Below, one piece after another: positions 46,779 to 55,976 of a stretch of 64,000 nucleotides of DNA. The DNA is from a virus. Lineage: Duplodnaviria > Caudoviricetes. The notes below the pieces were generated by a model that did not search any database, was not told the origin of the DNA, and worked only from the letters and a program-made list of their open reading frames with translations. The stretch is from IMG/VR virus record IMGVR_UViG_2862481585_000002, positions 25,894 through 89,893 of that record; one strand, 5' to 3'. The position numbers and the translations under genes were made by a program. Within the stretch, counting starts at the first letter, position 1. Every line of letters starts with the position of its first letter.

Positions 46779-47911
46779 AGCGCCGGGCACCGATACCCAG
46801 CTCCCTTTCCGACTTCCTCAGCGAGAAGCGCGGGGCCGGCGAGGAGAACTTCCTCGGCACCGTCCGCACTCACATCGTCGAGAAGAACAAGGCCGACAAC
46901 TCCCGCCGGCAGGACATCATCCACCCGTCCGAGATGGTCAAGACGGACTGGTGCCCCAAGGCCACCTTCCTGCGCATCACGACGGGCGTCCACCACAAGC
47001 AGTCCTTCGGCTTCCAGAGCCTCAACATCTTCGACACCGGACACGAGAGCCACCGCAAGTGGCAGCGCCGGGCCTGGGACGTCGGCTGGCTGGAGGGCAT
47101 GTTCGAGTGCCTGCACTGCTACGACAAGTGGTGGGACATCAGCCCCAAGCAGTGCACCTACTGCAAGAGCACGGCCCTCGAATACGCAGAAGTCCCGCTC
47201 TCCGCTGAGGGCACTCACCTGATCGTCGGCCATAGCGACGGGATGCTCACCCCGGCCCGGAGCCTGCTGGAGATCAAGACGGTCGGCGAGGGAACAGTCC
47301 GGTTCGAGGAGCCCGAACGGCTCTCGAAGTACCTGGTCGCCCTCCCCGACGGCAGCAAGATGGTCGACCTGCCAGCCATGTGGGGCTCGATCAAGGTCCC
47401 CTTCCCGAGCCACATCCGCCAGGGCCAGATCTACCTGTGGCTGGCCCAGGCCCGCGGACTCGACGTCGACCGGATGACCTACGTCTACGAGTCGAAATTC
47501 AACCAGGACGTCAAGCAGTTCGTCGTCCGGTTCAACCCCGACATCATCGCTCCGCTGCTGGAGACGGCCAGGGACATCAAGGAGCGTGTCGCAGCCGGCG
47601 ACCCCGCCCCTGACTGCGTTTCTGGCGACGTCTGCAAGCAGTGCAAGCCATACCAGCAGGAGACCGAGACGGATGGCGAGGAAGCCCCTCGACGAGGACG
47701 ACGACAAGCTCTCGGCGAGAACGACGCAGAAGCTCGGCCGGCGGGGACTGAAGCTGAGAAGCCGTCCCGAGGACGACATGCCGGACCTGCCGGCCAACCT
47801 GACCGAACTCACCGACGACAAGCTGATGGAGCTCTTCGTCGGGCTGACCAGGTGGGCCGAGTACGCCGGAACACAGCTAGCGGCAGCAGCAGTCGACGAG
47901 AAGGACTCTGA
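46742..47911 (+). CDS. Cas4-like PD-(D/E)XK exonuclease
   Basis: IHPSE..WCP, G...H, GHSDG, LLEIKT, Q.QIY, C-terminal C..CKQC. Confidence 0.8.
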   Translation: MAAPKRKAPRVVKRRAPIPSSLSDFLSEKRGAGEENFLGTVRTHIVEKNKADNSRRQDIIHPSEMVKTDWCPKATFLRITTGVHHKQSFGFQSLNIFDTGHESHRKWQRRAWDVGWLEGMFECLHCYDKWWDISPKQCTYCKSTALEYAEVPLSAEGTHLIVGHSDGMLTPARSLLEIKTVGEGTVRFEEPERLSKYLVALPDGSKMVDLPAMWGSIKVPFPSHIRQGQIYLWLAQARGLDVDRMTYVYESKFNQDVKQFVVRFNPDIIAPLLETARDIKERVAAGDPAPDCVSGDVCKQCKPYQQETETDGEEAPRRGRRQALGENDAEARPAGTEAEKPSRGRHAGPAGQPDRTHRRQADGALRRADQVGRVRRNTASGSSSRREGL

Positions 47912-48173
47912 GGCACACCTCGAACGCTGCAAGGCGATGGCCTCGGTCAAGGCGAAGAACGAGAAGTCCGTCACCGCCCAGAAAGCCGCAGCAGCCTCCG
48001 ACGAAGACGTCCTCGAAGCCGACGCCGAATACCGCAAGGCATACGCCGTCCGAAAGCTCACCGAGGCCATCTACAGCGGCGCCGACCGAAAGGCAGCCGT
48101 CGTCTCCCGAGAACTCACCCGGCGCATCGGCCGGAACGACCGAGAAAGCAGGGCAACACGATGGGCAGCCTGA
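47673..48173 (+). CDS. Coiled-coil hypothetical protein (possibly recombination mediator)
   Basis: GC3-rich frame MARKPLDEDD..; helical, ends SRELTRR. Confidence 0.65.
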   Translation: MARKPLDEDDDKLSARTTQKLGRRGLKLRSRPEDDMPDLPANLTELTDDKLMELFVGLTRWAEYAGTQLAAAAVDEKDSEAHLERCKAMASVKAKNEKSVTAQKAAAASDEDVLEADAEYRKAYAVRKLTEAIYSGADRKAAVVSRELTRRIGRNDRESRATRWAA

Positions 48174-48382
48174 CCTTCCGACGCATCCTCGCCGCCGTCA
48201 TGACCTGCATCGGATACGGATGCGCGGCCGGTGCCGGAGCCCTCCTCGCGCTCGTCACCATCGGCGCCGTCCAGTGGTCTCTCACCCTCTTCCTCCTCCT
48301 CGCCGGCACCGCCCTCAACTTCAGCATCGCCGCCGAAATCCTCCAGAACCCCAAGAAGGGCCCCAAGCATGCAGCCCGTTGA
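48161..48382 (+). CDS. Small two-TM membrane protein
   Basis: Two hydrophobic stretches, basic tail. Confidence 0.6.
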   Translation: MGSLTFRRILAAVMTCIGYGCAAGAGALLALVTIGAVQWSLTLFLLLAGTALNFSIAAEILQNPKKGPKHAAR

Positions 48383-48566
48383 CCAGGGCCAACTCTGGCT
48401 GGACAAGCACTCCAAGGGCGAGCGCGTCGTCTACATCCAGTCCGTCACCCCCAACTTCGGGGGCTACGCGAACTGCATCTCCTACAACTTCGCGAAGAAC
48501 ACCCGCCGCTACGTGCAGATCAAGCTCGCCGGCTTCCACAACCAGTTCCGCTGCCTCGCCACATAA
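48369..48566 (+). CDS. Small hypothetical protein
   Basis: MQPVDQGQLWLDK.., GC3-rich. Confidence 0.6.
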   Translation: MQPVDQGQLWLDKHSKGERVVYIQSVTPNFGGYANCISYNFAKNTRRYVQIKLAGFHNQFRCLAT

Positions 48567-48588
48567 CCCCTCCCGGAGACAACTTCAG

Positions 48589-49548
48589 ATGGCAATAACG
48601 CCAGCCAAGATGGACGACGACGGCGAGGCGCTGGCCGCCCTTACCCTCGACGAGGCCATCGAGCGCTCGCACCGAATCATCGACCAGGCCATCGCGATGA
48701 CCGAGGCCGACTGCAAGGAAGTCACCGCCGTCTGCGCCCTCTTCTCGGGCGGCAACGACTCCACCACCATGCTTCACCTGGTCCGCGACCGCATCACTCA
48801 CGCCGTCCACGTCAACACGACCATCGGCATCGAGCAGACCCGCGAATTCGTCCGCACCACCGCCGCCGACATGGACCTCCCGCTGATCGAGGCCTACCCG
48901 CCGCACAGCTACGACGAACTGGTCCGCGGCGAGGTCATCGCCAGCAAGGGCAAGCACGAAGGCGAGCCCGTCTGGAAGGGCTTCCCCGGCCCCGCCGGAC
49001 ACCAGATGATGTACACCCGCCTCAAGGAACGGGCCCTGCGCACTGTACGCAACCAGTTCGTCTCCAACCCGTTCCGGCAGCGCGTGATCTTCCTCGCCGG
49101 CATGCGCGTCTTCGAATCCTCCCGGCGCTGGCGCAACGCCAACGAGATCGACCGCGAAGGCAGCATCGTCTGGGCCTCGCCCATCGTGCACTGGACCAAC
49201 GACCACATGTGCGAATACCGCGCACTGCACCAGGTCCCTCGCAACGAAGTCTCCGACCTCATCCACATGAGCGGCGAGTGCCTGTGCGGAGCCTTCGCCA
49301 AGCCCGGCGAACTCGACGAGATCGCCTTCTGGTTCCCGGAGACCGCCCAGCGGATCCGCGACCTAGAAGAGCAGGTCAAAGCCCGAGGCATCGCCGCCTG
49401 CAAGTGGGGCGAGCGCCCGCCCAAGCAACGAGCCTCCACCACCGGCCGCCTCTGCACCACCTGCGAATGGGCGGAGGAAGGCACCGACCCCGGCCTCTCG
49501 ATCGAGGAGTGGGCAGCAAACCCGTCCATCACCCGCAAGGCCGCCTGA
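48589..49548 (+). CDS. PAPS-reductase family (PP-loop) protein
   Basis: LFSGGNDS, NTTIG, GFPGP..H, LKER, GMR.FES.RR, SPIVHW, SGECLCGA. Confidence 0.85.
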   Translation: MAITPAKMDDDGEALAALTLDEAIERSHRIIDQAIAMTEADCKEVTAVCALFSGGNDSTTMLHLVRDRITHAVHVNTTIGIEQTREFVRTTAADMDLPLIEAYPPHSYDELVRGEVIASKGKHEGEPVWKGFPGPAGHQMMYTRLKERALRTVRNQFVSNPFRQRVIFLAGMRVFESSRRWRNANEIDREGSIVWASPIVHWTNDHMCEYRALHQVPRNEVSDLIHMSGECLCGAFAKPGELDEIAFWFPETAQRIRDLEEQVKARGIAACKWGERPPKQRASTTGRLCTTCEWAEEGTDPGLSIEEWAANPSITRKAA

Positions 49549-49565
49549 ACCACGGAGCAAAGCTC

Positions 49566-50351
49566 GTGCCCACACCCGTCACCCCGACCGTCCGCATCAT
49601 CAGCCGACCGAACCTGGACCGCGACGAACTCGACCGGTACCTCGCGGAGATCGGCGGCCAGGACTGGACCGCACAGCGCACCGAGTACAACGACACCCAG
49701 GACCTCGTCGAGGTTGCCGGCCGGACCTGCTACCGCTCCTGGGCACCTGGGCTGAACCCCAACGTCACCCGCGTCCGGACCGACCCTGACGCCTACCTCG
49801 GCAACATCGTGGCCCACCGTCATGGGAGCGTCCTCGAACACGCCCAGTACACCTTCGTCCTCCAGAACGTCTCACGCGTCTTCACCCACGAGTGGGTGCG
49901 CCACCGCCAGGGCGTCGCGATCTCGCAGGAGTCACTGCGCTACGTACGCCTGACCGACCTGCCGTTCTGGTACCCCGAGTGGGCGCAGAACGATGCAGAT
50001 CTGGTCAGCCGCGGACAGCAGGTCCTCACCGCGCTGGAGGACTTCCAGGCATGGATGGCAGACCACTTTCAGCTCGACGCACCGGGTGTGCTCTTCCACG
50101 AGAAGAAGGCCAAGACCAGCTTCATGCGGCGCTTCGCCCCGGAGGGTCTCGCCACGGTCCTGGTCTGGTCGGCCAACATCCGCACACTCCGCCACGTCGT
50201 CGAGTCCCGCACCGACGAAGGCGCAGAGGAAGAGGTGCGCCTGGTCGCCAACCAGATCGGCGAGCTGATGGCGACCGAAGTCCCTGCCCTCTTCGCCGAC
50301 TACGTCATCGACGACACGGGTGCCTGGCTCACCACCAACCGCAAGGTCTGA
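49566..50351 (+). CDS. thyX: FAD-dependent thymidylate synthase
   Basis: GRTCY, HGSVLEH, SR..THE.VRHR....SQESLRY. Confidence 0.95.
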   Translation: MPTPVTPTVRIISRPNLDRDELDRYLAEIGGQDWTAQRTEYNDTQDLVEVAGRTCYRSWAPGLNPNVTRVRTDPDAYLGNIVAHRHGSVLEHAQYTFVLQNVSRVFTHEWVRHRQGVAISQESLRYVRLTDLPFWYPEWAQNDADLVSRGQQVLTALEDFQAWMADHFQLDAPGVLFHEKKAKTSFMRRFAPEGLATVLVWSANIRTLRHVVESRTDEGAEEEVRLVANQIGELMATEVPALFADYVIDDTGAWLTTNRKV

Positions 50352-50371
50352 CCAATACGAAAGGCAACCCC

Positions 50372-50842
50372 ATGCCTGGCCTCTTCGACCCGATCATCGA
50401 CATGCTGCCCGTCAGAGCCCGCGTCATCAAGGACCCCCTCAGCACCCGCTACGGCCTGCACTTCGCCAGGGTCGAACCCGGCAGCGGCGCCGCCATCCAC
50501 CAGGGCCGCTACAACAGCGTCCGCGGGCAACTCGAATTCACCGCCCCGCCCTACGCCACCGAACCAGCCGTCCTCCACCTCACGCGAGCCGAGTGCGACA
50601 CCCTCTACGAGGCCCTGGCCAAGGCGCTCAGCAAGACGCCCGACCAAGCCCTCAAGGACGAGATCGCCGCTGGCAAGAAGGCCTTGGCCGAGGCCCAGCA
50701 GGAGCGCGACGACGCCCGCGGCCGCAACCGTGTCCTCGTCAACGAGGCCGGCCGGCACAAGAACGAACTGCGTGAAGCACAGGCCCGCCTCACCCTGATG
50801 ACCGACCTCTACAACAGCCTGCTGGACCGGCTGAGCAAGTGA
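50372..50842 (+). CDS. Hypothetical protein with coiled-coil C-terminus
   Basis: GAAAGG RBS, GC3-rich. Confidence 0.65.
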   Translation: MPGLFDPIIDMLPVRARVIKDPLSTRYGLHFARVEPGSGAAIHQGRYNSVRGQLEFTAPPYATEPAVLHLTRAECDTLYEALAKALSKTPDQALKDEIAAGKKALAEAQQERDDARGRNRVLVNEAGRHKNELREAQARLTLMTDLYNSLLDRLSK

Positions 50843-50997
50843 CCCTCAGCCCCGCCCCGCACGCCACCCGATGCGCCTGCGGCCGGCTGATCGAAGCCGA
50901 CGAATACGCGGGCCAGGTCGACGGCCACACCGTCTGCGAAGTCTGCGCCGCCCCCGACTGGGACGACGACTACGCCACCACTTTCGACTACCTCTGA
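50839..50997 (+). CDS. Small Zn-finger protein (52 aa)
   Basis: GTGA coupling; CACG..CEVC. Confidence 0.55.
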   Translation: MTLSPAPHATRCACGRLIEADEYAGQVDGHTVCEVCAAPDWDDDYATTFDYL

Positions 50998-51019
50998 CCC
51001 TCATATCCGGAGCACCAAC

Positions 51020-51685
51020 TTGAGCAACGTCACCGACTTCCGCCCCTGGCCGAAGATCCCGCGCTTCAACCGCGAGTTCGTCCTGACGGAGAAGATCGAC
51101 GGCACCAACGCCCAGGTCACCATCAAGCACCTGGCCGACGACGAGGATGCCACCCGCTACCTCAACGAGCACGGCTACAGCGTCGTGTCCAAGGAGGACG
51201 GCCTGTACGTCCTGCGCGCCGGCAGCCGCAAGCGATGGATCGCCCCCAACCGGCAGAAGCTCGACGGCACCCAGGCCCTCGACAACTTCGGGTTCGCCGC
51301 ATGGGTCGCAGACAACGCCACCGCCCTGGCCAACCTCGGCGAGGGCACGCACTTCGGCGAGTGGTACGGCCGCGGCATCCAGCACGGCTACGGTATGGAC
51401 GGCCGCAAGTTCGCCCTGTTCAACACCACACGCTGGGGCACCCGCGGCCAGGGCCTGCCCGAGGAGTCGCCGGCTGAGCTGACCGTCGTCCCCGAACTCG
51501 CCCGTGTACGGGGCCACCTCCTCAACGAGGCCATCCGCGACTCCATGCGCCTCCTGCGCACCCTCGGCTCCGTCGCCGAACCGGGAGCCAAGGCTGAGGG
51601 CATCGTCGTCTACAGCGTCGAGGCCAACCAGTGCTACAAGGTCCTGCTGGAGAACGACGACATCCCCAAGGGGATGGCTGCGTGA
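51020..51685 (+). CDS. RNA ligase family (Rnl2-like adenylation domain)
   Basis: KIPR, TEKIDGTN (motif I), GSR, FGEW.G.GIQ, FALFN, EGIVV. Confidence 0.85.
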   Translation: MSNVTDFRPWPKIPRFNREFVLTEKIDGTNAQVTIKHLADDEDATRYLNEHGYSVVSKEDGLYVLRAGSRKRWIAPNRQKLDGTQALDNFGFAAWVADNATALANLGEGTHFGEWYGRGIQHGYGMDGRKFALFNTTRWGTRGQGLPEESPAELTVVPELARVRGHLLNEAIRDSMRLLRTLGSVAEPGAKAEGIVVYSVEANQCYKVLLENDDIPKGMAA

Positions 51686-52044
51686 ACTCCTGGTACCACG
51701 CCCAGTCGGCTGCCCGGAAATGGGGCGGAGACCCCACCGACTACCTGCCCATCAGCGAGTTCATCGACAGCAGCAAGCAGGCCATCGGTGACGTCCGCCA
51801 CAGGGCCCTCTACCACCACACCCTCGGGGTCTACCTCTGCGAGCGGATCTTCGGCAAGACGCTGAAGGTCGGCCGCAAGGAGATCCCCGTCCGCCAGATC
51901 GCCGAGCGCCACATCATCGAGGACCTCGGCTGGCTCCCCAGTCCCAAGGACTACATCGACGGCATGCCCATCGCGCCGTGGATGTCCGGGGCCAAGCGTA
52001 AGAAACTCCCTCTCTCCCATCTCCTCGGAGCAGCCGCACAGTGA
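51682..52044 (+). CDS. DUF6915-like protein
   Basis: HAQSAARKWGG...DY..I..F.D.SK...D.RHRAL.HH..G..E.HI.EDLG. Confidence 0.7.
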   Translation: MNSWYHAQSAARKWGGDPTDYLPISEFIDSSKQAIGDVRHRALYHHTLGVYLCERIFGKTLKVGRKEIPVRQIAERHIIEDLGWLPSPKDYIDGMPIAPWMSGAKRKKLPLSHLLGAAAQ

Positions 52045-52592
52045 CCGACACCCTCACCAAGACCGACGAAGCCCGCAACTTCCTGGGCATCCCGATCACC
52101 GGCGACATCGCCCACGGCTCGACCCGCGTCCCTCAGATCACCAAGGAGGAGTTCGCAGCGCTCCTCAAGCCCGTCCTGGACCACCCCGACGTCCACTGCA
52201 TCGGCTGGCGCCAGTACACCCCGTACTTCAACGACGGCGACACGTGTGAGTTCTCCGCCCACGAGGTGTGGCTGGTGACCACGCACGACCTGGAACAGTA
52301 CGAGTACCTCGTCGAGAACGACCCGTACATGGTCGAGGAAGACCTGGCCGTCGGAAGCGAGCGCCACCCCACCTTGGGCGGTCGGCCCCACCACTGGGAC
52401 GACGACAACCGCCGGATGGTGTACGAGGACTACCAGGGCGAGCACCGGGCGCTCTACGACGCCGCCAACGCGCTGGACGCGGCCGTTCAGTCCGGTAAGA
52501 GCGACCACGTGCTCATCGACCTGTTCGGCGACCACTGCCAGGTCGTGGTCTACAAGGACAAGATCGAGGTCGAGGAGTACTCGCATGACTGA
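52041..52592 (+). CDS. Hypothetical acidic protein
   Basis: WRQYTPYFNDGD.CEF and FGDH..EEY.HD motifs; coupled to previous gene. Confidence 0.75.
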   Translation: MTDTLTKTDEARNFLGIPITGDIAHGSTRVPQITKEEFAALLKPVLDHPDVHCIGWRQYTPYFNDGDTCEFSAHEVWLVTTHDLEQYEYLVENDPYMVEEDLAVGSERHPTLGGRPHHWDDDNRRMVYEDYQGEHRALYDAANALDAAVQSGKSDHVLIDLFGDHCQVVVYKDKIEVEEYSHD

Positions 52593-53094
52593 GGACTCCA
52601 AGAGAGCCCTCGGCTACTTCGGCGCCGCCGCCTACATAGCCACCATTCCGGCGGCCAACCTGGCTCTCCAGCACTACGGCACCGTCTCCGTTGGCTTCGG
52701 CTACACCGCGCCGGCCGCCGTCTTCCTGGTCGGTCCTGCCCTGGTCCTGCGCGACCTGGTGCAGTGGGCCCTCGGCCGCCGGGCCGCCATCATCGCCCTC
52801 GTCTTCGGCGTCGTGCTCTCCTTCGTCGCCGCCGACCCCGCCGTCGCCCTGGCCAGCGCTGTAGCGTTCGGCATCAGTGAAGCCGCCGACATGGCCGTCT
52901 TCAGCCGGCTGTCGCCCCGCTGGGTCCGCGCCGTCCTCGTCGGAGGAGTCGTCGGCATCCTCATCGACTCCCTGCTGTTCCTGTCCATCGCCTTCGGGTC
53001 CCTCGACTTCCTCGGCGGACAGATCATCGGCAAGCTCTACGGAGTCCTGCTCGGCTCCCTCGTCGTGGCGCTGCGGCGCCGCGCCGCCAGGTGA
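52585..53094 (+). CDS. VUT/YhhQ-family (queuosine precursor) transporter
   Basis: Multi-TM; G..LVLRDLVQ..LG, ALAS..AF..SE..D..VF, DSLLFL.IAFG..GQ..GK. Confidence 0.88.
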   Translation: MTEDSKRALGYFGAAAYIATIPAANLALQHYGTVSVGFGYTAPAAVFLVGPALVLRDLVQWALGRRAAIIALVFGVVLSFVAADPAVALASAVAFGISEAADMAVFSRLSPRWVRAVLVGGVVGILIDSLLFLSIAFGSLDFLGGQIIGKLYGVLLGSLVVALRRRAAR

Positions 53095-53867
53095 CCTTCT
53101 ACCTCGGCACACATATCCCCAGTTGGCTCGGAAACGCCGGCGTCCCGCTGTTCGTCTCGCACCGCCGCCTGATCGGCCGCAAGACCTTCCCCAGAGCCCT
53201 CACCACCTGGGCTCTGGACAGCGGCGGCTTCACCGAGATCTCCATGCACGGCCGGTGGACCATCACCCCCACCGCGTACATCGAAGCCGTACGCCGCTAC
53301 AGCGACGAAATCGGCAACCTCGCCTGGGCCAGCCCTCAGGACTGGATGTGCGAGCCGTGGATCACCCAGAAGTCCGGCCTGACCGTCACCGAGCACCAGC
53401 ATCGCACCGTCGACAACTACCTCGAACTCAAGGCAGCAGCTCCCGACCTCCCCTTTATCCCCGTACTCCAGGGTTGGGAGCGAGCCGACTACCAGCGCTG
53501 CGCCGCCATGTACGAGAAGGCCGGCGTCGACCTGGCCGCCGAACCCGTGGTCGGCATCGGCTCCGTCTGCCGGCGTCAGCACATGGACGAGGCCGTCGAC
53601 ATCATCACCGACGCCACCGACCGAGGCTTCCGCGTCCACGGCTTCGGCTTCAAGATCACAGGGCTCAGGCGGGTGGGCCATCTGCTCACCTCCTCGGACT
53701 CCATGTCCTGGAGCCTCCACGCCCGACGCCGCCCGCCACTCCTCGGCTGCACCCACAAGAGCTGCTCGAACTGCCGCCGCTACGCACTGCGCTGGCGGGA
53801 GAAGCCGCTGGCGGCGATCGAGGAAGCCCGCGCCAATAACCCCTATCACCTGGAGCAAGCAGCATGA
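53091..53867 (+). CDS. DpdA/TGT-like base-exchange transglycosylase
   Basis: FYLG, WALDSGGF, QDWMCEP, PVLQG, G.GSVCRR, HGFGFK, SSDSMSWS; coupled to VUT gene. Confidence 0.85.
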   Translation: MTFYLGTHIPSWLGNAGVPLFVSHRRLIGRKTFPRALTTWALDSGGFTEISMHGRWTITPTAYIEAVRRYSDEIGNLAWASPQDWMCEPWITQKSGLTVTEHQHRTVDNYLELKAAAPDLPFIPVLQGWERADYQRCAAMYEKAGVDLAAEPVVGIGSVCRRQHMDEAVDIITDATDRGFRVHGFGFKITGLRRVGHLLTSSDSMSWSLHARRRPPLLGCTHKSCSNCRRYALRWREKPLAAIEEARANNPYHLEQAA

Positions 53868-54139
53868 CCCGCCGCAAGACCGCCGCCGTCGCACTCGTCG
53901 CCGCCCTGGCTGGCGCCTCCCTGACCGCCTGCGGGATGGAGAAGTACAGCGAGCCCTTCCGCGACGCCCCGCGCTCCGGCACCGACAACGGCTCCGCCCT
54001 GGTCTTCACCATGCCCGACGGCTTCGGCAACGGCGCCACCAAGTGCCTGGAGGGCACCGGGGTCCGCGTCACCACGCTGTACCACCAGGACGGCGCCTAC
54101 GGCAGCGTCTCCACGATCCTCGACCCCGCCTGCGAGTAG
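53864..54139 (+). CDS. Small lipoprotein
   Basis: Basic N-terminus, hydrophobic core, lipobox LTAC; MPDGF.N.ATKC. Confidence 0.8.
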   Translation: MTRRKTAAVALVAALAGASLTACGMEKYSEPFRDAPRSGTDNGSALVFTMPDGFGNGATKCLEGTGVRVTTLYHQDGAYGSVSTILDPACE

Positions 54140-54257
54140 CGGACGGCCCCGATCTCGGGGCGATCGAAGAGGGGTGAGCCAGAACCCCGCCCCCGCACAT
54201 GCACCCACCGAAGCTGATCCCTGCTGGACGACGTCCGGCGACGCAGAAAGAACTGCC

Positions 54258-54755
54258 ATGACCCAGCGAATTGAGCCCGGACAGATATGGGCGGACAACG
54301 ACCCTCGCCGCGCCGGCCGCAAGATCCGTATCGACGAGGTGAAGGCCAACTTTGCGTTCTGCACCGTCATGCAGAACACGCACGAGGTGCAGTCGAAGAT
54401 CGACACCTTCGGCTTTGGCGCCGCCGTCGACCGCCGCGGCTCAACCACGCGCATCGGGCTGGCCCGGTTCTACGACGAGAAATACCGCCTGTGCACCCCG
54501 GACGAACTCCAGGCCATGAGTGCCGCCCACTACGGCAATGTCGTGCGGCTGCCGAGCGCCTGCACCGACCTCACCCAGCACAGGTGGGTCCCGGTCACCG
54601 TCACCTACAGCTCGACCGCCCGCCCGATGTTCTTCCGCCCCTCCGAGCCGGACGGCTACGTCGTCGTCGCTGTCTGCCCCAAGTGCTGGTCTCACACGGA
54701 GTTCCCCTCCAAGCGCATCCCCGCCCCGACCACCCCCGGAGACATCGCCGCATGA
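54258..54755 (+). CDS. Hypothetical protein
   Basis: IEPGQIWADNDPR N-terminus, CPKC near C-terminus. Confidence 0.65.
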   Translation: MTQRIEPGQIWADNDPRRAGRKIRIDEVKANFAFCTVMQNTHEVQSKIDTFGFGAAVDRRGSTTRIGLARFYDEKYRLCTPDELQAMSAAHYGNVVRLPSACTDLTQHRWVPVTVTYSSTARPMFFRPSEPDGYVVVAVCPKCWSHTEFPSKRIPAPTTPGDIAA

Positions 54756-55318
54756 ACCCACTCCCCGAAGTCCTCGCCCTCGGTGGGTATGCGTACGCCG
54801 GCAAGGACTCCGTCGCCCAGGTCCTCGTCGAGCGCTACGGCTACACCCGCATCGCCTTCGCCGACGCCGTACGCGACATCCTCGAAGCGATGAACCCGCT
54901 CGTGCCCACCCCCTACGGCTCGGTCAACCTCGCCTGGGTCATCAAGGACGTCGGCTGGGACGTCGCCAAGCGCGAGTATCCCGAGGTGCGCCGGCTGATG
55001 CAGCGCCTCGGAGGCTCGGTCCGCGAGAACATCGGCGAGGACGCCTGGATACAGGCCGCGCTGCGCAAGGCCGAGGGCCACCCGCGGGTCGTCTACACCG
55101 ACGTACGGCACCGCAACGAGCTGGAGGCCCTGGCCGACCTGGACCACTACAGCATCTGGATCTCCCGCCCCGGCATCGGCCCCCTCAACCAAGACGTCTC
55201 CGAGAACAGCCTGGGCCGACTCGACTTCGACTTCGGGTTCTTCAACGAGGATGACCTGGCGGACCTGCCGGACAACGTGGGGCTCTTCATGAGCAACATC
55301 TTCGGGGTGGAGCCGTGA
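54752..55318 (+). CDS. Deoxynucleoside monophosphate kinase
   Basis: GYAYAGKD, AFAD..R, VRRLMQRLG...R, TDVR..NE. Confidence 0.9.
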   Translation: MNPLPEVLALGGYAYAGKDSVAQVLVERYGYTRIAFADAVRDILEAMNPLVPTPYGSVNLAWVIKDVGWDVAKREYPEVRRLMQRLGGSVRENIGEDAWIQAALRKAEGHPRVVYTDVRHRNELEALADLDHYSIWISRPGIGPLNQDVSENSLGRLDFDFGFFNEDDLADLPDNVGLFMSNIFGVEP

Positions 55319-55875
55319 CCGTCTGCCTGGGCATCGACCAGTCCTACTCGGGCATGGCGATGGTCGCCTACGACAGCGACACTCAGCGCCGCTACAGCTA
55401 CCTGCACGCCTTCGCAGCCGACAGGTACGTCACCCAGTCCGACCGCCTCGACGCCGTCCAGGTCCAGGTCGGCCTCAACGTGAGCGACATCAAGACCATG
55501 TTCGGCCGCATCGACGTGGTCGCCATGGAGGGCTACGCGGCCGGCGCGAAGTTCGGCAGGGAACTCGCCGGCGAACTCGGGGGAGCGGTGAAGCTCGCGC
55601 TCCTCGACGTACTCGACAAGCCCGCCTGCTACCCGATCATCGTTGCCCCGACCAAGCTCAAGAAGTACACCACCGGCAAGGGCACCGCAGCCAAGGCGGA
55701 GATGCTGCTGGCGGTCTACAAGAAGTGGGGCGTCACCTACGACGACGACAACCTGGCCGACGCCTACAGCCTCGCCCGCGCCGCCAACTCCTGGTTCACC
55801 CGCACCGGCACCAAGGCCGAGCTGGACACACTGAAGGACCTCAAAAGGTTCAAAGGCGAAACCCGCCTCGTCTGA
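55315..55875 (+). CDS. RuvC-like Holliday-junction resolvase
   Basis: LGIDQS, MEGYA, ELGGAVK, P..LKKY.TGKG.A.K, DN.ADA. Confidence 0.85.
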   Translation: MTVCLGIDQSYSGMAMVAYDSDTQRRYSYLHAFAADRYVTQSDRLDAVQVQVGLNVSDIKTMFGRIDVVAMEGYAAGAKFGRELAGELGGAVKLALLDVLDKPACYPIIVAPTKLKKYTTGKGTAAKAEMLLAVYKKWGVTYDDDNLADAYSLARAANSWFTRTGTKAELDTLKDLKRFKGETRLV

Positions 55876-55877
55876 GC

Positions 55878-55907
55878 AAGAGCCCCGTCATAACCGGCGG
55901 GGCTCTT
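55878..55907 (+). terminator. Intrinsic terminator
   Basis: AAGAGCCCCG..CGGGGCTCTT. Confidence 0.75.
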
Positions 55908-55923
55908 CACGCATTAACACAAT

Positions 55924-55944
55924 GCGGATATATCCGCTTAGCCT
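55924..55944 (+). promoter_or_regulatory. 14-bp palindrome adjoining TAGCCT -10 upstream of SpoVS gene
   Basis: GCGGATATATCCGC then T-TAGCCT. Confidence 0.5.
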
Positions 55945-55976
55945 GACGAAGGAGATCAATTCGAGGAGAAACGAAT

